Positions 41,873 through 50,053 of a stretch of DNA of 64,000 bases are shown here, in pieces; the stretch's first letter is position 1, and each line of letters opens with the position of its first letter. Source of the stretch: Candidatus Sumerlaeaceae bacterium (lineage in GTDB: Bacteria; Sumerlaeota; Sumerlaeia; Sumerlaeales; Sumerlaeaceae); contig JBMFRB010000009.1 of assembly GCA_049968255.1 (NCBI GenBank), forward strand, positions 64,001 through 128,000, given 5' to 3'. The notes under the pieces are model-generated. The model worked only from the letters and a program-made list of their open reading frames with translations. It made no database searches and had not been told where the DNA came from. The position numbers and the translations under genes were made by a program.

Positions 41873-42125
41873 GCACATCGAGCGCCCCTTCAAGCTGCTA
41901 GTGAGCGGGATGATTCGTGGCTACCAGCGGTGGGTGTCGCCGCATTTTCCGCCATCATGCCGATTCTATCCAACATGCTCGAATTATGCGCTGGAAGCCC
42001 TCCAGTGTCGGCGCTTGTTGCCCGCACTTGGTCTCATCGTGTGGCGGGTCCTCAGGTGCCAACCCTTTTGCCGTGGCGGTTACGATCCCGTGCCTCACGC
42101 ACATCAGTCCGGAGAAAGCGAGTGA
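41859..42125 (+). CDS. yidD: Membrane protein insertion efficiency factor YidD
   Basis: 'YQRWVSP..CRFYPTCSNYA..RCQPFCRGGYDPVP'. Confidence 0.95.
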   Translation: MTLGEHIERPFKLLVSGMIRGYQRWVSPHFPPSCRFYPTCSNYALEALQCRRLLPALGLIVWRVLRCQPFCRGGYDPVPHAHQSGESE

Positions 42126-42140
42126 GTAAGTAAGGCGAGC

Positions 42141-44081
42141 ATGGAACGACGTTGGCTTCTCTTTTTCCTCCTCTCATTCTTGATCATCCAGGGCTTCATG
42201 CTGTGGGACGATGCTCGCCATCCGGAACGGCGTCAGCGCGCGCAACGCATCCGACTGGATCAAACGACGGCAACTCTGGCAGTGGACCGACTTTCGACCG
42301 CCGCCCGGCAAGCTATCATCGCTGCCACGGAGGAAAGCACGTCTTCGCAGGTCGGCCCCCTTGTTCTCACGCGAACGGTCGAAAACACTTCTCTCACCGT
42401 GGCCATGCATCCAGGCGAAATCACCACAGTCACCACGGAGAAATATGCGCTAGGGCTGGACCATGTTGGAGCTGTGGTGAACAGTTGGCGGCTTCTTGAT
42501 CCTGGAAGTCAGTCGTTCACCCGCCGCCTTGATGAGCGCGAGGGATTGGAACTCGTCCGACGGATACCGCAAAAATCACTCTACGAGCCCGTCCTGCAAA
42601 ACTGGCCACTTGAACTCAGCTTCCAGGAACGCAGCGCGTTTAGCTACGAAGACTTCAACAACGTGGCGTGGAAGATCGAGCTTCCCCCTGATGCAAGTGG
42701 CAAACGCAATGTGGTGATCAACTGCTTATCGCCCACCATTCGCGGCGTGCGCGTAAAAAAAACACTGATCATCCCGCAGAACCAGTACTATGGCACGCTG
42801 CGCATTACCCTCGTGAACGAAACGAGTTCGCCTATCACCGTAACCGACGAAAATGGATGGGGATTGCTGTTGCGCTGGGGACCCGGACTTGTCGAGCGAC
42901 ATTTCGGTGAGCCTGATCCCAATGTAGGCTACGATAGCGCCGTCTATCGGAAGGACGGTGTGGTCTATTCGGCCCATCCAGCTCCCAAGAAGGATCCCAT
43001 CATTGCCGATGGACGCATTGAGTGGGCGGGCGTCGAGGCAAAATTCTTCGCTGCGATCATCGTTCCCGAGCAGCCGGATGACGCTGCAAAGAAACGCATA
43101 TATTATGTTCGCGCACTTGTGCCCGCTCGGCACGATCCTGAAATCAAAGGTTTTGTCCCGCCGCTGACGCTGGAGCTGGCTACATCGAAGTTCGATATTC
43201 CCCCGTCGGGTGAAGTCACCCTAAACTATGGACTCTACGTGGGGCCCAAGAAATATGAAATCCTCAAGCAGTATGGGCACTCGCTTCAATCGCTCATGTT
43301 CCACAGCTCGTGGAGCTTCATGCGCGCCCTTTACTTGCTTCTTACGGACGTCCTCAACTGGATCTATAAGCTGGTCGGCAATTACGGTGTCGCGATCATT
43401 ATCCTGACCATCCTTGTTCGAATTGTCCTTTTCCCGCTCGCCCAGCACAGCCTGAACATCAACGCCAAGACCATGGCGGAGCAGGCGAAAATCAAGCCCT
43501 ACATCGATGCAATCAACGAGAAATATAAAAACAACCCGCAAGAGAAGAACCGCCAAATTTGGAAGCTCTATCAGGAGCATGGCATTTCGCCGTTTGCCCC
43601 GTTGCGCGGATGTTTTCCCCTTCTGCTTCAGTTCCCGATCTTCGTTGCGCTCTATCGCGTGTGTAACGACACGATTGATTTGCAGGGGGCACATTTCCTC
43701 TGGATTCGCGACCTCTCTCAGCCCGATCGCCTCTTCCCCCTAGGCTTCGCCATGCCGTTTTTTAGCTGGACTCATTTCAACCTGCTTCCTGTTCTCATGG
43801 CCCTCACGCAATTGCTGGCTACTAAAATCAGCATGGCGCGCATCAAGGTGCAGGATCCAAGCCAGAAGCAAATGATGTACATGATGCCCATTATCATGGT
43901 GCTCATGCTCTATAATCTGCCCTCTGGCCTCATGCTCTACTGGAATGTCTCTAATGTTTGGCAGATTTTCCAGACGATTTACACGAATGCGGTCATGGCG
44001 AGAGAAGAGCAACAACGTGGCACTCTCCACCCGGCCGCTATTTCTCCGCCGCAGCCATCGAAGAAAAAATCCAAGAAATAG
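42141..44081 (+). CDS. yidC: Membrane protein insertase YidC (long periplasmic domain)
   Basis: 'LYVGPK', 'GNYGVAIIILTILVRIVLFPL', 'GCFPLLLQFPIF', 'FLWIRDLSQPD', 'LPSGLMLYW'. Confidence 0.96.
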   Translation: MERRWLLFFLLSFLIIQGFMLWDDARHPERRQRAQRIRLDQTTATLAVDRLSTAARQAIIAATEESTSSQVGPLVLTRTVENTSLTVAMHPGEITTVTTEKYALGLDHVGAVVNSWRLLDPGSQSFTRRLDEREGLELVRRIPQKSLYEPVLQNWPLELSFQERSAFSYEDFNNVAWKIELPPDASGKRNVVINCLSPTIRGVRVKKTLIIPQNQYYGTLRITLVNETSSPITVTDENGWGLLLRWGPGLVERHFGEPDPNVGYDSAVYRKDGVVYSAHPAPKKDPIIADGRIEWAGVEAKFFAAIIVPEQPDDAAKKRIYYVRALVPARHDPEIKGFVPPLTLELATSKFDIPPSGEVTLNYGLYVGPKKYEILKQYGHSLQSLMFHSSWSFMRALYLLLTDVLNWIYKLVGNYGVAIIILTILVRIVLFPLAQHSLNINAKTMAEQAKIKPYIDAINEKYKNNPQEKNRQIWKLYQEHGISPFAPLRGCFPLLLQFPIFVALYRVCNDTIDLQGAHFLWIRDLSQPDRLFPLGFAMPFFSWTHFNLLPVLMALTQLLATKISMARIKVQDPSQKQMMYMMPIIMVLMLYNLPSGLMLYWNVSNVWQIFQTIYTNAVMAREEQQRGTLHPAAISPPQPSKKKSKK

Positions 44082-44114
44082 ACGAGCAAATCGCGCGTCA
44101 GGACTTTTGAGAGG

Positions 44115-44149
44115 AAACCAGCCCTGCGCCTCGCACAAGGCTGGTTTTT
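44115..44149 (+). terminator. Probable terminator after yidC
   Basis: AAACCAGCC/GGCTGGTTT outer stem with an inner TGCG/CGCA stem, ending in a T-run. Confidence 0.55.
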
Positions 44150-44327
44150 GTGAACCACCCGTATAAGCCTCCCAACCGCTCAACATTGCGCGCTTCCCCG
44201 CCTGTTCTTCCTTCTCTCTTCAGCTTCTGATGTCATGCACTTTTCACTTGAGAACTTCGACTTGTGATGATTATAGAAAACTTCGCGATGGAGTAAAAGT
44301 CCCATAACTTAGTCGGAGGATTTAGTG

Positions 44328-45200
44328 ATGAGTAATAAGAAATGGCTGTCAGTCAGTGCGTCTCTTTTCTTTTTAGCGCTCGCGTTCGATGTATGGGCCG
44401 GTGCGTATTTGCGCGTGGTCTCATGGAACCTGCGGCACGAAGGCTGGAGTGGCGAAACCGATTATGCCGGAGATGCCGCACAGATTTGGAACCAGTTCGG
44501 CTCCACCTCCACATCGTCGAACGGTTGTGATGTGGTTTTCTGTCAGGAGGTTATGTATGAAAGCGCGGCCCAAGGTCTGGCCAGTGCTTTGACGAGTCTG
44601 AGCGGTGTGACGTGGACCTATGCGGTGAGTCCTGCGCTTGGGCGTTCGTCCTACAAGGAAATGTATGCTGTGATTTATCGGACTGACAATGTTCAGTTGC
44701 TTTCGAATACGGTGTGGAACGATGTGGGCGACAAGTTCGAGCGTGAACCGCAAATCGTCAAGTTGCGCGATAAACGGACCCTTGCAGATTTTACATTCAT
44801 CAACTGGCACACAATTTGGGGCACGAGTACGCAGCGCCAGGCCGAAATCGCGGAAATCGCCAATGTGTTCAAATCTGTGCAAAATAGTGACCCTACCGAC
44901 CAAGATGTGATTCTTTTGGGTGATCACAATACCGACGCCACCTCGACGTGGTGGGCCGACCTTACCTCGACCGCAAACATCTCGCCCCAGGTTTCTTATA
45001 AGGTGAACGACCCCACGACGATCAGTTCTTCTGGATCCTATGTAAGCGCTTACGATCACTTCTGGTTCCAGGCAACCTACGTAACTGAGTATTCCAGCTC
45101 GGGACGCGACTATATCGCTGATACGGTGAATTTCTACAACGGGCTATCGGACCATGCTCCGATCTGGCTAAAGCTGTACTCGAGCAGCGATACAGACTAG
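44328..45200 (+). CDS. Secreted DNase I-like endonuclease/exonuclease/phosphatase
   Basis: RBS GGAGG; signal peptide; 'SWN', 'CQEV', 'LGRSSYKEMY', 'FEREP', 'NWHT', 'GDHN', 'AYDH', 'SDHAPI'. Confidence 0.88.
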   Translation: MSNKKWLSVSASLFFLALAFDVWAGAYLRVVSWNLRHEGWSGETDYAGDAAQIWNQFGSTSTSSNGCDVVFCQEVMYESAAQGLASALTSLSGVTWTYAVSPALGRSSYKEMYAVIYRTDNVQLLSNTVWNDVGDKFEREPQIVKLRDKRTLADFTFINWHTIWGTSTQRQAEIAEIANVFKSVQNSDPTDQDVILLGDHNTDATSTWWADLTSTANISPQVSYKVNDPTTISSSGSYVSAYDHFWFQATYVTEYSSSGRDYIADTVNFYNGLSDHAPIWLKLYSSSDTD

Positions 45201-45222
45201 GTTCCTTTCACACTCACAGACA

Positions 45223-45258
45223 GTAAGGCCGAAGCCTTCTGCTTCGGCCTTGCTTTTT
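45223..45258 (+). terminator. Intrinsic terminator
   Basis: Stem AAGGCCGAAGC/GCTTCGGCCTT followed by GCTTTTT. Confidence 0.8.
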
Positions 45259-45363
45259 GACGTCGCTGCTGCCAGCGACTCATCAGCTTCGCTCGTAAAA
45301 GGAAGCTGCTTGCGCCTCTATGAAAGGGTTTCTGGGCCGAGAGACAGGAGCTTTGAACAAATC

Positions 45364-47202
45364 ATGAACCGCTACCTTCAATGGCTTTTCGTGAGCATAG
45401 CCCTCGGCCTTGCTCTCGTCATCGTTGCATGGGTGACAGTGCGCCCTGTCCGTCGAACTTTTCCGCCCCAGCAGGCGGAGCGCTCGCAGGAGCGCAAAGA
45501 ACTTGCACCCGAACCTACGCCCACGCTCACCGCGCCAAGAGTCAACCTAGCCCCGCCGTCAACTCGTGGGCGCACTCCTGTCGCATCGGCCCGCGTTCAA
45601 CCGCCAACGGCGCACACTCTTTCGTCTTTGCCACAGCGAAGTTCTGTGCTCATTTCTGCACGGCTAAAGTGTCCTACTGGCAGCACTCATTGCGCTGCGG
45701 CAACACAAGGCCGCGTGGGGATCGGAACAATTGATGACGAAAATCTCGGCGAAATGGCGGGGCAAACAGGGCGCGTCGGCCCTGCCACGCGTGAGGACCT
45801 CGTGAACATTCGTGAGTGGCGCCATGCTAACGTGGCAGCTTCGCCAGAGGGCGATGCGATACTTGGGCCGGTCGAATTGCCCCTTGCCGATGCTTACCAT
45901 GTCCTTGCATGGAACAACGAGGCACTCGTTTACTATGACAAGCGTGTGCTGGCAGCTGAACTAGGCGAGACGTCCGGCGTCGTAGACCTTGGCGAACTGG
46001 TCCCCCAGTCCTTCACTGGCGTGCGCATGATGTTCCAGGGGCAGATGGATCAGCCAAACATACGAGCGATTCTTCACCGCGTTCCGTCTGCCGAGGCAGA
46101 AAAGAGCTCTCGCTTCTTGCTTCTGGCGCAGATCATCGCGCCTGAACTTACGGAGTCCGTTCTCACAGCTGAGCCGATCAGCCTGTCAGTCGAGCAACCA
46201 ACCATCATCGCACCCCTGCCGCCCGACGAAGCGCTACGTGTCACGCTCCTGTCACCCGCTGACGTTGAGGCGGAGCCAGTCGAAGTTCCTCTTGTCGAAG
46301 GGGAAATTGTGGATGCCACGATTTCTTTTGACGACGTTTTTCCCGAGGGCGCGAGGGCCACAATCGGACTAGAAGGCGAGCTCCACATCGGTTCGACCGG
46401 ACGCCCCCTCGCCGGCGCAAATGTTCTGCGCGCCCTGGACGGTCGAGGCGAGGTTTACCCGACCGACGACCAAGGGCGCTTCCGTGTTCCATCGCTCCCC
46501 ATGGATCGCATCACATCTTTTGAGGTCGAGACCTCGCGCGGCACCTACGCAAGGCCCCTTGTCCCCGAGCGATGGCATTTTGATTTTGCGCCGCCATCGA
46601 TTACGACGGGCTCAGTGGTCCGAATGCGCTGGCAGGTCCCGGCCTATCGGTATCTTGTGCTCGATCTGCGCTCGCTGGGCACACAGGATCTTCTTGTACT
46701 GTCTCAGCCTCCTTATCCCGTCTACGTCGTCGAGCGAGAAGAGAACGGCCGTTGGCAAACAGTGCCCATCGATTTCTTCGATATTTCGCGAATCGAGGTG
46801 GCTGCCGCGATCGAGGAACCGGGACGCTACCGAATGCTTTTAGCAGCTAGTCCGGTGGCTCTATGGCAGTCGGAACCAGTTGTCGTCGATCAGGGATCCG
46901 CAGAAACCCATGCGCGTCTTCGCGATCTCGCGGTGGAATTCAATAAGCTCAAGGTCCGCCTCGTAGACGCTCACAGCGGAGACCCCATTGGACGCGCCGC
47001 ACTCACTGTGAGCGGGCCAAATGGATCGCTGCCCCCTATGCGCGTGCTGACCAACGACGACGGCATGGCTGACGTCCCCAATCATGGAGTCTCCACCGTT
47101 GCAGTGTGGGTAGAAAAGCGCGGCTACGCGCCCACGCAACGCACTCTCTCAGCAGGCGAACTCACCGGCGAGGTCGAAATTCGTCTCGTACCAGAAGACT
47201 GA
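45364..47202 (+). CDS. Membrane-anchored hypothetical protein with carboxypeptidase-regulatory-like beta-sandwich repeats
   Basis: N-terminal TM, Pro-rich linker; 'GRPLAGANV..TDDQGRF', 'GDPIGRA..TNDDG..EKRGYAP'. Confidence 0.7.
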   Translation: MNRYLQWLFVSIALGLALVIVAWVTVRPVRRTFPPQQAERSQERKELAPEPTPTLTAPRVNLAPPSTRGRTPVASARVQPPTAHTLSSLPQRSSVLISARLKCPTGSTHCAAATQGRVGIGTIDDENLGEMAGQTGRVGPATREDLVNIREWRHANVAASPEGDAILGPVELPLADAYHVLAWNNEALVYYDKRVLAAELGETSGVVDLGELVPQSFTGVRMMFQGQMDQPNIRAILHRVPSAEAEKSSRFLLLAQIIAPELTESVLTAEPISLSVEQPTIIAPLPPDEALRVTLLSPADVEAEPVEVPLVEGEIVDATISFDDVFPEGARATIGLEGELHIGSTGRPLAGANVLRALDGRGEVYPTDDQGRFRVPSLPMDRITSFEVETSRGTYARPLVPERWHFDFAPPSITTGSVVRMRWQVPAYRYLVLDLRSLGTQDLLVLSQPPYPVYVVEREENGRWQTVPIDFFDISRIEVAAAIEEPGRYRMLLAASPVALWQSEPVVVDQGSAETHARLRDLAVEFNKLKVRLVDAHSGDPIGRAALTVSGPNGSLPPMRVLTNDDGMADVPNHGVSTVAVWVEKRGYAPTQRTLSAGELTGEVEIRLVPED

Positions 47203-47400
47203 GCGATTCGTGGCAAGTTAAAGACCATCAATGAAACAATCGTAGTAAATTCAAGTTCAATGTGGCTCTGTGGGGCATCCACGTCGCCCACGCATTGCCC
47301 AGCTTCTGCATTAAGGTTGACGCAACGAATCGTTCTCGTGGCCGGCGTTGAAGGAAAAGGGGGCGAACATGTGTCTACCGCGATTCCCAAAAAGGAAAGC

Positions 47401-47477
47401 TGGTACCCGGTACGGGATTCGAACCCGTGATCTTCGCCGTGAGAGGGCGATGTCCTGGACCGCTAGACGAACCGGGC
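47401..47477 (-). tRNA. tRNA-Glu (anticodon CTC), CCA encoded
   Basis: Reverse complement GCCCGGTTCGTCTAGCGGTCCAGGACATCGCCCTCTCACGGCGAAGATCACGGGTTCGAATCCCGTACCGGGTACCA; anticodon stem TCGCC/GGCGA; T-loop TTCGAAT. Confidence 0.97.
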
Positions 47478-47617
47478 ACGAGGGTGATCGCACAAATCAT
47501 ACAAAAGTGCTCAGACACCTATTCGCCGCGGAAAAGCCTTTGTCCATGATATTATGCTACCATGTTATAAGCATGTTTTTGCCCACATGCAAAAGCGTCT
47601 TCCGCCACATGAGCGCT

Positions 47618-47660
47618 AAAAAAAAAACGGAGGCGGAGCCGCCGCGATCGGCTCCGCCTC
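47618..47660 (-). terminator. Strong intrinsic terminator ending the sugar operon
   Basis: 12-bp stem GAGGCGGAGCCG/CGGCTCCGCCTC followed by a T10 run on the minus strand. Confidence 0.85.
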
Positions 47661-47695
47661 TTCTCGGGAGGGGTAAGGGAGGTAAGGGGAAATTA

Positions 47696-48853
47696 TTAGT
47701 AGAGGCTCCAGTCGGACACACCGGCTTTTTGCACTTTGATGTTGTCGAAGCTCACATTGAACGTGCCACCTGTGCCGGTGCCATTGTTCGATAAACCCAG
47801 CCGCCATTCAACGATGTGCGACAAGTCAAGCCCAGGGGTCGAGCCAGCCTGCTGTACATACCAGCTCGCAGGATTGCCAAAGCTCACTGTTGTCCATCCG
47901 CTCGATGTTGGCACGGCTTGGTCTGTGGTGGCCAAATACGTCCCGTCAGCATCGATCAGCCCCAACCAGATCTGCTGATTCGTCGCAGCCGGGTCGCCTT
48001 TTACATCCACGAGGACGTTAGCTGCGCCGCTGATATTCGCTGCTTGGCTAATCCGGCGTGCAATTTGAGCTGTAACCCAGGCAGTGTTGCCCATGGTAAA
48101 TGTGCCTTTGATGGCATAATCTCCAGGGCTGCCAGAGACACCGATGGCGGAGTCAGCGACCACACTGCAACCTGAATCCACAGTTCCCGGGTGGGTGCGC
48201 TCCTGCGCATTAGCTGTGGAATCAAAAATATCGCAGTTATCGAGCACCGCGTTGAAGGGCGGGACTCCAGGGTCCGGCTCGAGTGTGTAAGTAACGGCGC
48301 CAACGGTGTCCCAGTTGGAACTATCGCCGACCACAAGCTGAATAGTCGAGCCAAGTCCACCGGGGAACGCAGCGGAGATGTCGCCAGGAATCAGTGTGTT
48401 GAGGGGGATAGAAATTTCGACATTGGTTGCAGCCTGCCAGGGGTAAAATGCAGCAACACTCGCGGGGGTTGCTGAACCATTATTGAAGGTTGCTGTAGTT
48501 TCGCCGTACATCGAGGCGCCAGCGACCAACAGATCCGAGCCGATTCCCGAGGCGAAGAGATTATACCCTGTACTTGAGGTATTATCCCCATCGATGCCGA
48601 TGAGGTCGTTGCCACTGAAGGCCACCGAGTTGTAGCTTTCGATGCGCACGTAGAGATTGGTTGCATCGTTAGCCACATAGATGGCCTTCAAGTCGCGGCC
48701 GGAGCTCTGATCCTGAGCATCCGTCCCCAAGGGGGCAATGCCATACCAGTCGTCGGCGTAACCATCGACTCCGATACTGGCAAATGTTCCTGCAAACGTC
48801 GTTGCAGAGAGAGCTAGAGCTAGAGTTGCGATGAGGGTAACGCGTGTATTCAT
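47696..48853 (-). CDS. Secreted two-domain carbohydrate-binding-like protein (DOMON-like + CBM11-like) with C-terminal DWxLY tail
   Basis: RBS AAAAGGAG; signal 'MNTRVTLIATLALALSATTFA'; 'VDGYADDW', 'VANDATNLYVRI', 'IDGDNTSSTGY', 'GWTTVSF..LDLSHI..VSFDNIKV'; ends 'AGVSDWSLY'. Confidence 0.75.
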   Translation of the reverse strand: MNTRVTLIATLALALSATTFAGTFASIGVDGYADDWYGIAPLGTDAQDQSSGRDLKAIYVANDATNLYVRIESYNSVAFSGNDLIGIDGDNTSSTGYNLFASGIGSDLLVAGASMYGETTATFNNGSATPASVAAFYPWQAATNVEISIPLNTLIPGDISAAFPGGLGSTIQLVVGDSSNWDTVGAVTYTLEPDPGVPPFNAVLDNCDIFDSTANAQERTHPGTVDSGCSVVADSAIGVSGSPGDYAIKGTFTMGNTAWVTAQIARRISQAANISGAANVLVDVKGDPAATNQQIWLGLIDADGTYLATTDQAVPTSSGWTTVSFGNPASWYVQQAGSTPGLDLSHIVEWRLGLSNNGTGTGGTFNVSFDNIKVQKAGVSDWSLY

Positions 48854-48901
48854 GGTTCTCACTCCTTTTAATCTTTCGTAAAAATGTGTCAGTCTGCTTC
48901 G

Positions 48902-50053
48902 TTACAATTCGTCAGCGACATTGTCGTTTAACGGAAGCCAGTCATCGCTGTTCACCTCCTTTCGGAGAAGCTTGCAAAGCTCGGCGGAAAAGCCGAGAAG
49001 GCCAGGTATACACCACATGTTTTCAGGATGGCAATGGGGCGGCGCATTTTGCTGCATAATAGCATAGGCGATTGCCCAGCCATGCCGGCGAAAAAATGCC
49101 TCGTTGTGGGCTCGCGTACACCCCGTGCGAGGGGGAACAATAGCTTCACCCGCCATTTCAATGACCCCCACGCCTTCGCTCTTGATCTGCTTCAAACGTG
49201 GCGAAGACACGTAAAGAGGGTGACGGAAAATAAGATGAACGATAAGCTTGCCCTCATCCATGCGCATAAGGTAGTTGAACGTACATTTTCCCACGTCGAG
49301 CTGCTTCCATTTCGCGACGATTTTTGAGGCCAAGGCCAAGACGGCTTTCGCTGTGCCTTTGAGTCGAGCGACCGGTGCAGGCCAATCGAGTAGCTCAATT
49401 TCAACGTCTTCCTGAGTTCGACATTCGAGAGGGCGAGCTTGCTCCAGGGGCAACAAAAGCGATCGGAAGATCTGAAAATGATGATGTCCCAACACCGAGG
49501 CTCCTGCCCAGGCCACGTCGCTGTTCGAGGCAAGAAGCCAGTGCGGGGCTTGGCGTACGAAGGCGGCAGCTTCCCTCAACGATTGCTCATTCACTCGCAT
49601 CGGCTCGTGAGCACGCAAATTGAGCACAAAATGACCAGGATGCAGCGGGAATGGCGTTGGGTGCGCAAAGTACGGCGTGCCCGCCAAATCGCATTCCAAT
49701 ACGCGGAGCTTTTCCTTACCGGGAGAACCGATGTTCTCGTAACATAGCGGACACGTTTGCGCCCGCGCGCCTTCCGGCAGACGATAGCTCAGGCGCGAGT
49801 AATTGACCTGCAGTCTGAGGCTGGGCAAATTCTCACGCGGTGCAAAATCGAGAAAAATGTTTGTCTCCGTAAGATGGTCGAAATAACCAACCGAGGCGAG
49901 CCACATTTCCAGCTCGTGCAAAGCCGCCTCGAGTCCTTGTGCCCGGTAGAAAGCTCCAAGCAACTTCTGCACGTCCGCCTGTTCGAGGAGCTGGCCTTGG
50001 GGGAGGACCTCATGCAGTTTGGATGCCGCGCTCATGAGCATCTCCTCGGTCAT
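48902..50053 (-). CDS. Hexose-1-phosphate uridylyltransferase, class II GalT-like
   Basis: 'AGASVLGHHHFQ' resembles Firmicutes GalT 'GGSILSHDHFQ'; 'KSEGVGVIEMAGEAIVPPR' resembles 'KKENIGLIEVMGLAVLP'. Confidence 0.7.
   Translation of the reverse strand: MTEEMLMSAASKLHEVLPQGQLLEQADVQKLLGAFYRAQGLEAALHELEMWLASVGYFDHLTETNIFLDFAPRENLPSLRLQVNYSRLSYRLPEGARAQTCPLCYENIGSPGKEKLRVLECDLAGTPYFAHPTPFPLHPGHFVLNLRAHEPMRVNEQSLREAAAFVRQAPHWLLASNSDVAWAGASVLGHHHFQIFRSLLLPLEQARPLECRTQEDVEIELLDWPAPVARLKGTAKAVLALASKIVAKWKQLDVGKCTFNYLMRMDEGKLIVHLIFRHPLYVSSPRLKQIKSEGVGVIEMAGEAIVPPRTGCTRAHNEAFFRRHGWAIAYAIMQQNAPPHCHPENMWCIPGLLGFSAELCKLLRKEVNSDDWLPLNDNVADEL

Noticed and set aside
44082-47477. Genomic island integrated at tRNA-Glu
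   Set aside because: No integrase, and I found no duplicated tRNA 3' end (att site) by eye.
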